Source: a virus
Taxonomy: Duplodnaviria; Caudoviricetes
IMG/VR virus record: IMGVR_UViG_3300037420_001819
Span: 1 to 63,338 of that record
DNA: 63,338 nucleotides
Strand: one strand, 5' to 3'
The notes beneath the pieces are model-generated. The model was given only the letters and a program-made list of their open reading frames with translations, made no database searches and was not told where the DNA came from. The number at the start of each line of letters is the position of its first letter. Positions within the stretch are counted from its first letter, which is position 1. Below, in pieces: positions 1 to 8,514 of this stretch. The position numbers and the translations under genes were made by a program.

Positions 1-151
1 CCGCATGGCCGAGATCGGCCGCGAGGCCGGCGAGGTCGCCGAGATGAAGGACGCGGTTCCGGGCGGCCTGTGCGAGGAGATGCGCCAGATCGCCGAAGCC
101 TGCGCCCGGCACGGCCAGACCCTGGCCGCCCTGCGGAAGAAAACGGCCTAG
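1..151 (+). CDS. 3' part of a small early gene (probably truncated at the window edge)
   Basis: Open frame ...MAEIGREAGEVAEMKD...LRKKTA ending TAG 149-151, phage-like codon usage, followed by the GGGAGG RBS of the next gene. Confidence 0.45.
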   Translation, partial: RMAEIGREAGEVAEMKDAVPGGLCEEMRQIAEACARHGQTLAALRKKTA

Positions 152-161
152 GGAGGCGCCG

Positions 162-413
162 GTGAAAATCGCACTCGTCAACCGGGCGTCCAACGCCCAC
201 ACCGTCCAGATCGGCGACGTGACGCTGTACTTCAGCTATGCGTCCTGCATCGCCTTCAGCAGTCCCGGGACCGACCTGTTCAACCCGGCGCACCGGAAAC
301 ACTCGGCCACCACGTCGAAGCACGCCACGGCGCTCTACTGTTCGAGATTCCCGGACGCCCGGGACGAGGCGAATTTCCACGACCTGCTCAAGGACGCCTT
401 GAGCCGCGTCTAG
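162..413 (+). CDS. hypothetical early phage protein
   Basis: 83 aa ORF, GTG start with GGGAGG RBS; LYFSYxxCIAF segment resembles small phage early proteins. Confidence 0.7.
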   Translation: MKIALVNRASNAHTVQIGDVTLYFSYASCIAFSSPGTDLFNPAHRKHSATTSKHATALYCSRFPDARDEANFHDLLKDALSRV

Positions 414-435
414 CGGAAGGGGAGTCCTCACAACC

Positions 436-624
436 GACCTTCCCGCCGGGCCTCCGGAGCGCCCTGTCTCCGGAGGCCCCACGGGGCGGCTGGTCCCGGA
501 AAGGCAAGAGGTGACGCCATGAAACGCTGACCTTCCCGCATGAGCCTCGGTGTCCGCCCCCATTCGGCGCCGAGGTTCAGGCCGGACGATCAGTCCGCCG
601 GGGTGAGGCCCGGCCACACAGGAG
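436..624 (+). promoter_or_regulatory. structured intergenic leader: two GACCTTCCCGC-initiated stem-loops, then a GTGAG-loop hairpin and RBS
   Basis: GACCTTCCCGC at 436-446 and 529-539; hairpins GGGCCTCCGGAG/CTCCGGAGGCCC (448-479) and TGAGCCTCGG/CCGAGGTTCA (541-579); GCCGGG-GTGAGG-CCCGGC then CACACAGGAG. Confidence 0.5.
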
Positions 625-634
625 ACCGCCAACC

Positions 635-1948
635 ATGAAACTCGAGACCCGAATGAAGCCCGCGCTCGCCGCCACCACCGCCGCCGCCGCCCTGGCCGCC
701 TACGACCGCGCCGTGTCCGAAGGCGCGGCCTGCGACGTCGCCCACATGCTGGCCGCCGTGCTGCGCAAGCCGAAGGCCGAGAAGCCCGCAGCCGGCGCCG
801 CCGACCTGCGCTGGAGCGCCAAGGCCTTCGCCGCCGCCGTGGCCCGCTGCTGCGAGGTGACGCCGAAGGCGGCCCCTGCGGAAATCGTCCGGTGCCTGCG
901 GCTGAAGGTCGAGGGCGGCGTGCTGGCGCTGTTCGCCACCGATCTGGACATGCAGTATTCCACCACCCTGACCGACGCGCCGCTCCCCGACATGGACCTG
1001 TGCGTCACCGCCCACGACCTGAAGGGCGCGGTGCAGGGCGCGACCGACCTGTCGCTGACCCGCGACGACGGCGCCTGCCTGGTGGTGGTCGCCGACGGCG
1101 TCACGCGCAGGCTCCGGGCCCGGCCGGCGCATGAGTTCCCGCTGCTGGCGCTGCGCGACTATCCGGCGCGGGCGACGATGAACGGCGCCGAACTGGCCGA
1201 CATGCTGCGCTTCGTGGCGCCGGCCATCTCCACCGAGGAGACCCGCTACTATCTGAACGGCGTCGCCTTCGTGCGGGAAGTCGCCGACGGCACTGCGCGC
1301 CTGCGCCTCGTCGCCACCGACGGCCACCGCATGGCGATCGCCGGCACGGCCGACCCGTTCACCGGGACGGTGCAGGGGGTCAGCGGAGCGTCGGCCGTCG
1401 TGCCGCGGGCGGCGGTCGCGGTGCTGCGCAAGCGGCTCGGCGCCGGCACGGTCGAGATCGAGATTTGCGACAAGGACGACGCCGTCACGAACAGCCCGCC
1501 GCAGGCCCGGTTCGTGACGGCCGACGGGGTGCTGACCACCAAGCTGATCGACGGCTTCTTCCCCGACTTCTGGCGCGTCGTGCCGCGCGGCGACTTCGCC
1601 ACCCGCGTCGAGATCGACGACACGAAGGCGTTCGCCGCCGCGCTCGCTTCGGTCGCCAGGGTGTCGTGCGAGAAGTCCAGATCAGTCCGGCTCGAGTCGG
1701 CGAACGGCGGGCTCGACGCCACGGTTCGCAACCTCGACGGCGAGGAGGCGAAAACCGGCCTGCCGTGCACCGTGACCGGCGACGCCACCCACGCCGGGTT
1801 CAACTCCGCCTACCTGCGAGACGCGGTGAGCGCCTACGGCCGGGCGATCCTGCTGATGGAGGCGCCGTACGTCGTCGGACCGGCCCGGGTCGAATACCCG
1901 GACGCGCCCGGCGAGCGCATCGGCGTGCTGATGCCGCTGCGCGTCTGA
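635..1948 (+). CDS. dnaN: DNA polymerase III beta subunit (sliding clamp) homolog
   Basis: Beta-clamp motifs ATDLDM, AISTEETRYYLNGV, LVATDGHRM, TKLIDGFFPDFWRVVP, GFNSAYLRD and C-terminal VLMPLRV; RBS CAGGAG. Confidence 0.9.
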   Translation: MKLETRMKPALAATTAAAALAAYDRAVSEGAACDVAHMLAAVLRKPKAEKPAAGAADLRWSAKAFAAAVARCCEVTPKAAPAEIVRCLRLKVEGGVLALFATDLDMQYSTTLTDAPLPDMDLCVTAHDLKGAVQGATDLSLTRDDGACLVVVADGVTRRLRARPAHEFPLLALRDYPARATMNGAELADMLRFVAPAISTEETRYYLNGVAFVREVADGTARLRLVATDGHRMAIAGTADPFTGTVQGVSGASAVVPRAAVAVLRKRLGAGTVEIEICDKDDAVTNSPPQARFVTADGVLTTKLIDGFFPDFWRVVPRGDFATRVEIDDTKAFAAALASVARVSCEKSRSVRLESANGGLDATVRNLDGEEAKTGLPCTVTGDATHAGFNSAYLRDAVSAYGRAILLMEAPYVVGPARVEYPDAPGERIGVLMPLRV

Positions 1949-1985
1949 CCCTCACACCCCCGCCAACGGCCACAAGGAGGCCCCC

Positions 1986-2426
1986 ATGACCACTCTCAAG
2001 CGCGGCGATCGCGTCCTTCTCCAGATCGCCTGTGTCGTGTCTTCCGCCTACGAAGACGGCAGCGTCAGCGTCACCCCGGCCAATCGGCTCTACGCCTCGG
2101 CGCTCAGCCTCGACGCCGACGACTTCAGCGTGATCTCCCGGCGCGGCCCGGTGATGCGCGAGGGCGCCCGGGCCTACAGCGCCGCGCTCGAGGAGACGGT
2201 GGCGATCGTCCTGCACGACCCGGCCAGCGACGCCTACATCGTGCGCCGGGCGGACGGGCGGATCGCCGTCCACCCCGACGACACCGACCTGATCCCGGAG
2301 GCGGAATGGCGCGCCACGGAACCGCCGCCGGCCGCGCCCGTCGCTCCGCCCTTCACCTTCGCCGACGCGGCCGAGATCCTGACCCCGCCGCCCGCCCTCG
2401 CCGAACAGGAGTTCGGACCCCGATGA
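1986..2426 (+). CDS. hypothetical protein
   Basis: 146 aa ORF with AAGGAGG RBS; stop overlaps the next start. Confidence 0.75.
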   Translation: MTTLKRGDRVLLQIACVVSSAYEDGSVSVTPANRLYASALSLDADDFSVISRRGPVMREGARAYSAALEETVAIVLHDPASDAYIVRRADGRIAVHPDDTDLIPEAEWRATEPPPAAPVAPPFTFADAAEILTPPPALAEQEFGPR

Positions 2427-3118
2427 CCGCCGCCCGCAAGATCACCCCCCGCGGCCAGGGCCGCACCCTGCGCGCCCGCGCCGACGCCGTCGCCGAGGCG
2501 TGCTCCGGCTCCTGGGGCGGCACGGCCGAGGCCGTGGACAAGCTGATCCACGAGTCGATGCACGTCTACGGCTGGCGCCCGGCGCGCGCCGCCCTGCTCT
2601 ACGCGCTGGCCGATCTGGCGCGCCCGGTCGACTACGGCGAGGAGGAGCCGATGTGGATGTCGGGCCCCGAGTTCGCCCGCTGGCGCGCCGAGATCAAGCT
2701 GGTCGCCAAGGCCCGCAAGCAGGCGATGAAGGCGCAGGACTTTCTCGGCGTGTCGGACTTCCAGGTCCGCCAGATGGAGAAGACCGGCGCGCCGAAGTGG
2801 ATCGCGCTGGCCTGCGCCCACGCCCTGTTCGGCCACGACCTGCCGGTTCCGGCCGACGACGTCGACGCCTTCCGCGAATGGTACGACGCCCGCTTCCGGG
2901 CGGTCGACCGCGTCGCCGCCTGGCTCGGCGTCGGCCACAAGTGGCTGAGCTGCCGGATGAGCGGGTTCGAGATGGTCGGCGGCCAGCGCGCCGAGCGCAG
3001 CCCGAGCGCCGGGCTGATCCGCGCCTGCGACTGGCTGTGGCGCATGGGGCCGTACTGTCCCTACGGCCCGCTGCCGCCGGTCGAGCTGTGGCCCGGGCAG
3101 GGGGAGTTGCCGCGGTGA
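2423..3118 (+). CDS. putative HTH DNA-binding protein (two HTH-like segments); carries DYGEEEP
   Basis: ATG 2423 overlaps the previous stop; AQDFLGVSDFQVRQME...PKWIALAC and VAAWLGVGHKWL...PSAGLIRAC resemble XRE-type HTH repeats. Confidence 0.6.
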   Translation: MTAARKITPRGQGRTLRARADAVAEACSGSWGGTAEAVDKLIHESMHVYGWRPARAALLYALADLARPVDYGEEEPMWMSGPEFARWRAEIKLVAKARKQAMKAQDFLGVSDFQVRQMEKTGAPKWIALACAHALFGHDLPVPADDVDAFREWYDARFRAVDRVAAWLGVGHKWLSCRMSGFEMVGGQRAERSPSAGLIRACDWLWRMGPYCPYGPLPPVELWPGQGELPR

Positions 3119-3285
3119 CGCGCGCCCTGCCCTACATCGCGCCGGGCGAGCGCGCGGACGGCGGCCCCGCCGACGAGGCCGAGCACTTCTTCATCTGTCG
3201 GTGCGGGCAGGCGGCGGACATGCGCGACCTCGGCGAGGTGTTCCGCCATGAGGAGCCGGGCCATGAAGCCCGGAAACCGTCGTGA
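3115..3285 (+). CDS. small Cys/His protein
   Basis: GTGA overlap with the previous gene; HFFICRCGQAADMRDLGEVFRHEEPGH. Confidence 0.6.
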   Translation: MTRALPYIAPGERADGGPADEAEHFFICRCGQAADMRDLGEVFRHEEPGHEARKPS

Positions 3286-3482
3286 CCGCCGCCATGCACG
3301 CCACGCCCGGCGCCCACACCGCCCCGAAACTCGAGCCGGTGCTGGGCCACGGCGGCTACCGGCTGATGTGGACCCGCTACCGCTTCGACCGCGCCGGCGA
3401 GAAGGAATGGGAGGCGGAACCGAGCGCCGACCGCACCGTCTACCCGACCCTGGCGGCGGCGCTGGCCGCCCTCCCCGCCTGA
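3282..3482 (+). CDS. hypothetical protein
   Basis: 66 aa ORF coupled by GTGA overlap. Confidence 0.6.
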   Translation: MTAAMHATPGAHTAPKLEPVLGHGGYRLMWTRYRFDRAGEKEWEAEPSADRTVYPTLAAALAALPA

Positions 3483-3484
3483 CC

Positions 3485-3667
3485 ATGAGCGAGGCGGCCG
3501 AGCGGGCGGCGATCGAGACGCTGGCCATCCAACTCTGGCTCGGCGATCACTATCAGGCTCGCGGCCGCGCATGGAGAGAAGCGCCCCGCTGGGTGCGCGA
3601 ACGCTACCGGGCCTGGGCCCACCTGATCGCCCTCGGGCACGAGCCCTCAGACTGGACGAAAAAATGA
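3485..3667 (+). CDS. hypothetical protein
   Basis: MSEAAERAAIETLA... frame filling the gap; stop overlaps the next ATG. Confidence 0.6.
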   Translation: MSEAAERAAIETLAIQLWLGDHYQARGRAWREAPRWVRERYRAWAHLIALGHEPSDWTKK

Positions 3668-5352
3668 ACGAACCGACCGACACGACCGCCCCGGGCCTGC
3701 GCGACCAGATGGTTCGCCTCGGCTACAGCGTCCACCAGCGTTCCAGCCACGGCCCCGGCCCGGCGTTCGACTACGACGCCCCGTGGAAGGGCCAGATGGA
3801 GACCCGCCATTTCAAGTCCGAGGAGGAGGCCTGGGCCGACGCCGAGCGGCGGTTCCTTAGCGAGGTGGACCGCGCCCGCAAGGTGCTGGCCGTGGTCGAC
3901 GCCCCCGCTCTGATAGGGGGACGGGAGAAGGTGGCGAACGCCGCACGTCGGCTGCAAGAGCAGATCGACGACTTCGATCGTGACGTTGCTGACGAACTGG
4001 AGAGCGAAGGCGAGCGCGCCGACCTGTGGGACGACATCGACGTCAGCGTGAAAGACCTCCGCACAGTTCTCTCCGCCCTCGCGCAGCCCTCGGAGGCTGG
4101 CGGGTTGGAAGCCCTGCGGGAGAAGGTGGCGCGGATCATCGAACCGAGCGCGTTCGAGGACGAGACGCCGCACCACCAGCGCGTATATCGGAACATGAGC
4201 CTCGCCGAAGCCCGCGCCGACGCACTCGCCAAGGCCGACGCTATCGCCGCCCTCTCGTCGGCCAAGCCCGGGACGGTGGGCGGGGAGATCGACGCGAGCC
4301 CGATCATAAACGCGGCGGAGGAGTATCTCCGCAACGCCCTCTCGCCCGGGACGGATGATTTTGCGGCCCGAGCCGTCCCGGTCCAAGAGCACCCGGCCGA
4401 AGAGGCTCTTCTTGCCCGCTGGTGCCGCCAGCGCGCCATGCTGGAACGGGAGCGCGGGGCTATGGACGACGCCTCGCGGTTCGATGTGCTTGCGGCTCTC
4501 GCATCAAACCCCGCCCTCCCGCCGCACGGACCCGCGCAGGGCTTGGGCAGCGGCTGGCGGCCCGCGTCCGAACAACCCGAGCCCGGGCGGAGGATCATCG
4601 CGCCGTACAACGACGGCAGCGGCGCGCGCCTGTTCTACGTCCACGATGGCGGCGTGATCGACGACGGCGGCGACGCGTTCGGGCTCGGCTACATCGCTGA
4701 GCAGTTCGACACGTGGGCCTACCTGCCCGCGGACGTGAAGCTGTGGTGCGAGGTCCGGGGCGGCGACGACGCCTTCACGTTCCCCGCCACGCCGGAACCG
4801 TCCAGCACGGACACCGAGAGCGCGCCGAAGCCGGGTGAACTCCGCCTGTTCGACGGTCAACTCTGCCGCTTCATCGAGCGCGAGCTTGAAGGCGACAAGT
4901 GGGAAGTGATCGGACTGTTCCCCGCCCCTGGCTCGAACACCCCCGCCGGCCTCCACCAGCAGGACGAACCGGCGGGCGAGGCTGCGACAGGCGATCTGCT
5001 GGAAACGCTCCGGAGGGCCGCCTACTACCTCGACTGGGCGATGGACCCAAACCCGCAATTCACTGTGGCTGATCGGCAGACTATCACCAACTTTGTCGGT
5101 GAAGCTCGCTCCGCCATCACCAAAGCCGAAGCCACCCTCGCCCAATCCGCCGGGGAGGGGGAGAAGCTGCGGGAGGCGGCGGCGCGCGCGATCGGCTACC
5201 TGCTCTGCCTGTCCGAGAACATGACAGTCCACGGCGCGGATATGGTCATCGGCCCATGCGCGGACCCGGCCGTCATCGCAGACGATCTAGCGCGCGCCCT
5301 CGCCTCCCCCGATCAGGCTGCGGTCGTTCCGGGCGGGGAGGGGGAGCGATGA
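3664..5352 (+). CDS. mosaic multi-domain hypothetical phage protein
   Basis: ATG 3664 (MNEPTDTT); 562 aa of short modules with low-complexity linkers; more A/T at third codon positions than neighbours. Confidence 0.7.
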   Translation: MNEPTDTTAPGLRDQMVRLGYSVHQRSSHGPGPAFDYDAPWKGQMETRHFKSEEEAWADAERRFLSEVDRARKVLAVVDAPALIGGREKVANAARRLQEQIDDFDRDVADELESEGERADLWDDIDVSVKDLRTVLSALAQPSEAGGLEALREKVARIIEPSAFEDETPHHQRVYRNMSLAEARADALAKADAIAALSSAKPGTVGGEIDASPIINAAEEYLRNALSPGTDDFAARAVPVQEHPAEEALLARWCRQRAMLERERGAMDDASRFDVLAALASNPALPPHGPAQGLGSGWRPASEQPEPGRRIIAPYNDGSGARLFYVHDGGVIDDGGDAFGLGYIAEQFDTWAYLPADVKLWCEVRGGDDAFTFPATPEPSSTDTESAPKPGELRLFDGQLCRFIERELEGDKWEVIGLFPAPGSNTPAGLHQQDEPAGEAATGDLLETLRRAAYYLDWAMDPNPQFTVADRQTITNFVGEARSAITKAEATLAQSAGEGEKLREAAARAIGYLLCLSENMTVHGADMVIGPCADPAVIADDLARALASPDQAAVVPGGEGER

Positions 5353-5702
5353 AAGTGCAAGTCGGCATGGCTGACCTAACCCCCCTCTCGGAACGGGTGG
5401 AAGGGGCTGGCGGGCCAGATCGGGAACTGGACCGCGAAGTATGGGCCGCTCTGGTCGCCAATCCCCCCGCCAGCCTCGTACACGTCGGACGCATTGAGGT
5501 CCCCGCCTACACCGCCTCCCTCGATAGCGCCCTCGGGCTGGTCGAGCGGGTGCTGCCGGGGTGGGTCGGGATGGTTTCCTTCGGCCCCGGCGTTCAAACG
5601 GCGGACCTAATGAGGCTGTCCGACGCGAAGGACGCGCTCGGGGAAGGCAAAACCCCCGCCCTCGCCGTCTGCGCCGCCCTGCTGAAAGCCCTCCGCCCGT
5701 GA
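5349..5702 (+). CDS. hypothetical protein (phage ABA-sandwich-like)
   Basis: GPDRELDREV...PAYTASLDSALGLVERVLPGW...TPALAVCAALLKA pattern common in alphaproteobacterial phages. Confidence 0.65.
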   Translation: MKVQVGMADLTPLSERVEGAGGPDRELDREVWAALVANPPASLVHVGRIEVPAYTASLDSALGLVERVLPGWVGMVSFGPGVQTADLMRLSDAKDALGEGKTPALAVCAALLKALRP

Positions 5703-5992
5703 CCCCGGCGATGGGCGAGGTGCTGGACGCGATCCGGCGGATCCACGCCGCCGGCCGCAAGCCGACGGTGCGCGCGATCGGCGCGCTGGCCGGGCTCGGC
5801 GTCGGCCGCACCCACGACCTGGTGATGGATTTGATCGAGGCCGGGCGGGTCGGGCGGGTCGACGGCGTGCTGACGCCGTTGGACAGCCCGGAGGCGCGCG
5901 CCTACGCCCTGATGCGCGACGCCATCCGGCGCGGCCTGACCCTGACGCCCGAGGCGATGCGCCGGGCGCTGGTGGTGGACGAGGCGGCGTAG
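5699..5992 (+). CDS. winged-HTH (LexA N-terminal-like) DNA-binding protein
   Basis: EVLDAIRRIHAAGRKPTVRAIGALAGLGVGRTHDLVMDLIEAGRV resembles the LexA-type wHTH; GTGA overlap. Confidence 0.6.
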   Translation: MTPAMGEVLDAIRRIHAAGRKPTVRAIGALAGLGVGRTHDLVMDLIEAGRVGRVDGVLTPLDSPEARAYALMRDAIRRGLTLTPEAMRRALVVDEAA

Positions 5993-6089
5993 ATGGATCA
6001 GGAGTCCGTGTCCCGGCTCGACGACATGCTGGACGTTTTGTGGTGGTTGGCGTGGCGCCGCTGGCGCCGCTGAGAAGGGGAGGAGACCC

Positions 6090-6332
6090 ATGAAGCTGTT
6101 GCTGAAGTGCGCCCTCGGGTTCGCCGCCGGCCTGGTGGCCGTGTTGGCGGTCGGGCTCTGGTACGAGAAACACGGCCCGACGCCGACCGAGCGGATCGCG
6201 CGGGCCTGCGCCGACCGTTACCCCGGGGCCGCGGCGCGCGAGCGGTGCCGCCTGGAGCTCGAGTTGGAATACGGCGACCGGCTCGAGCGGGACCGGCGCC
6301 GCGATCTCGAGCGCAGCGCCGGCCTGTACTGA
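6090..6332 (+). CDS. membrane-anchored hypothetical protein
   Basis: GGAGGAG RBS; N-terminal hydrophobic helix. Confidence 0.7.
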   Translation: MKLLLKCALGFAAGLVAVLAVGLWYEKHGPTPTERIARACADRYPGAAARERCRLELELEYGDRLERDRRRDLERSAGLY

Positions 6333-6424
6333 TTTCGGCGGCTTCGGCCGACCGGATCGACGGGCGGGCGCGCCCCGAACGCGTTTCCATGACGGACGGC
6401 CCGCAGATGGGTCGCCGCCCGTCG

Positions 6425-6463
6425 AACGGCCCCGGAGGGTGATCCGGGGCCGTTTGCTTTGTT
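6425..6463. terminator. intrinsic terminator between convergent operons
   Basis: Stem AACGGCCCCGGA/TCCGGGGCCGTT with a 6-nt loop, followed by TGCTTTGTT on +. Confidence 0.75.
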
Positions 6464-6633
6464 CAGTCGACCACAAGGCCTTCGGCGGCGTCGTCGGGCA
6501 TGGTTTCCGGCTCGCCGACCCAGACCGCGTCGCCGTCGCACTCCGGGCAGGTCGGCGCCCCGCCGCCGCGTTCGATCGCGTGGAAATCCTCGCCGCATGG
6601 CGCGCAGCGCGCCGGTCCGATCAGAGCCGTCAT
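6463..6633 (-). CDS. small zinc-ribbon protein (not in the ORF track)
   Basis: Hand translation MTALIGPARCAPCGEDFHAIERGGGAPTCPECDGDAVW...GLVVD*, 56 aa, CxxC...CxxC; ATG overlaps the upstream stop. Confidence 0.65.
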   Translation of the reverse strand: MTALIGPARCAPCGEDFHAIERGGGAPTCPECDGDAVWVGEPETMPDDAAEGLVVD

Positions 6634-7328
6634 TCCCCGTAGTCCTTTCCTTCCTCGTCCCGTCCGGCGTGCTCGCGCAGCCTGGCGGCCATCATCTGCG
6701 GCGTCACACCGAACGCCGGGCGGTGCGCCTCCGGCACCTTCCGCCGCGCCATCAGCTCGGGCAATTCCTTCATGCCCCTGGCGATCATGGCGCGCTCCGC
6801 CTCGGTCACCACCGGCTTCGACGCCGCCTGCGCCTGCAGCGCCCGCTTGATCCGGTACTCGGCCATCCGGAGCTTCACGGCGTAGGGCTCGGCCAGTTCG
6901 TTGATCTCGCCCGGCGACGGAAAGTACGACCCCTTGGCGGTGCGCAGGAACTCGTCGACGCCGTCCTTCAGCGCCGCGGCGGGCAAGGCGTCCAGCTTCT
7001 CCAGGAACAGCTGCATGAAGTTGCGTTGCAGCGCCGCCGCCTCGGGACCGGTGCCGAAGTCGGGCAGCTTGCGCAGCAGCATCAGCGGCTGGACCGCGGC
7101 GTAGGCCTCCTCCCGGGTCGCGGGCCGGATCATCGCCTGCAACTGCGGCAGCAACCGGGCGGCGTCCTGACGCAGCGCCGGGGTCGAGGCGATGCGGTTC
7201 ACGATCGCGTCGCGCTGCTCAGCCGTAGTCGTCGCCTTCGTCGCCAGAGCCCACAAAGGCCCGGTGGAAACTGCCGATGTCGTCGGCGCGAGAGCGCGCC
7301 CCCCTTCCAAAGCTAGTTCCTGCGCCAT
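6630..7328 (-). CDS. putative replication accessory protein (helicase loader/inhibitor position); ends in DYGE
   Basis: Strong ACAGGAGG RBS; lies directly after the initiator; LDALPAAALKDGVDEFLR...YFPSPGEI pattern seen in phage loader-like proteins. Confidence 0.55.
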   Translation of the reverse strand: MAQELALEGGRALAPTTSAVSTGPLWALATKATTTAEQRDAIVNRIASTPALRQDAARLLPQLQAMIRPATREEAYAAVQPLMLLRKLPDFGTGPEAAALQRNFMQLFLEKLDALPAAALKDGVDEFLRTAKGSYFPSPGEINELAEPYAVKLRMAEYRIKRALQAQAASKPVVTEAERAMIARGMKELPELMARRKVPEAHRPAFGVTPQMMAARLREHAGRDEEGKDYGE

Positions 7329-8304
7329 TTCCGCCTCCTGTGCTGGCGTAACGCCCTTCGATCAATCTCTGAAAACTCGACGACTGCAACAGAAAATCGA
7401 GGTGCATCTTGAAGGGGCCGTCGCGGCCGGGCCGCCGTCCCATCAGAAAATCACTCTCGGTCACCTGCTTCAGCGCCTGCATCCATCCGACCAGGCCCTT
7501 GGAGCTACGCAGCCGGGCCCTCAGTTTCTTGCGGCGGTCGTCGGTCAGTTTCTCGGCGACCGACCAGCCATGCTCGCGGGCCGCCTCGTTGTAGAGGTCG
7601 AACGCCTGCCGCACCTCGTCGATCCGGGCCGGAACGAGCGCCAGGTCCGCGGCGTGCCGCGCGCCGACGGTCACCACCCCCACCATCTCGGGCTCCTCGC
7701 CGTAGTCGGGGCCTTCGGGAACCGGAGCAGCGTCCGGCGCGTTCCCGACCTGAACATGGGGCGGCGAAGCCGACGAGTCCGCGTCAGCGGACTTATGATC
7801 TTCTGTTGTGTCTTGTCCTGTTATGTCTTGTGTGGCGATTTCCCCGGGGGACACGACCCCCGTTCCCCGGGGATCGTCGCCGTCTTCCCCAGGGGAGCCG
7901 CGCTTGCGGCGCTTCTTTTCCCGCTCCCGGCGGCGCCGGTCCTGCAGGGTCGACCACGTCTCGACGGCGATCTCGGCCAGCGTCGGGTGATACCAGCGGC
8001 CGTCGGCGCACAGCACCCACGGCCCCATCACCTCGGCCTTCACGGCCAGCCAGCCGGACAGGTCTCGCCGGCCGAACCCGGCCGCCACTGACAGGGCGAT
8101 GTCGTCGTCCGGCAGCGAGGCCGCCGGGACCTGCTCGTAGGCCTCGCACCACAGCTCGACGCTGATGGCCTTGGCCTGGTCGGACGCCTTCAGCCACCAG
8201 GACGACCGGCGCAGGCGCTTGTGGTGCAGCGGGAACCACGCCATCGACCGCAGATCGCAGTCTTCCGGCGTCATCGGGGCGGGTAGGGCGAGCGCTGTGT
8301 TCAT
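7219..8304 (-). CDS. phage replication initiator, DUF1376/YdaU-like
   Basis: N-term LPAPMTPEDCDLRSMAWFPLH...LWCEAYEQVPAASLPDDD...DGRWYHP (DUF1376-like); C-term FLMG...LDFLLQSSSFQRLIEGRY typical of phage replication proteins. Confidence 0.75.
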   Translation of the reverse strand: MNTALALPAPMTPEDCDLRSMAWFPLHHKRLRRSSWWLKASDQAKAISVELWCEAYEQVPAASLPDDDIALSVAAGFGRRDLSGWLAVKAEVMGPWVLCADGRWYHPTLAEIAVETWSTLQDRRRREREKKRRKRGSPGEDGDDPRGTGVVSPGEIATQDITGQDTTEDHKSADADSSASPPHVQVGNAPDAAPVPEGPDYGEEPEMVGVVTVGARHAADLALVPARIDEVRQAFDLYNEAAREHGWSVAEKLTDDRRKKLRARLRSSKGLVGWMQALKQVTESDFLMGRRPGRDGPFKMHLDFLLQSSSFQRLIEGRYASTGGGNGAGTSFGRGARSRADDIGSFHRAFVGSGDEGDDYG

Positions 8305-8364
8305 AACACGCTGCCGTACCGGGAGTCGCCTGCTGCGCGACTACTATGGCGCACGAAGACGCCG

Positions 8365-8379
8365 CGGGTTATATACCCG
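8365..8379. promoter_or_regulatory. palindrome in the AT-richer gap upstream of the initiator gene (possible operator)
   Basis: CGGGT-TATAT-ACCCG. Confidence 0.35.
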
Positions 8380-8514
8380 TCTCGCATGGCCTGTTCCTTT
8401 TCGGTGGGTGGCCGTGATTGTCAGTTCCGGGCGGTCCTGTTGGCGCAGGTCCGCCCGATCTGTTTAAGGGCCGGCGCTATCGTCTAGCAACCGCGCCTGA
8501 TCGTATCTCCTCAG

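Noticed and set aside
6439-6642. 67-aa + strand ORF in the track
   Set aside because: Starts inside the terminator hairpin and overlaps a better-supported - strand zinc-ribbon ORF (6463-6633).
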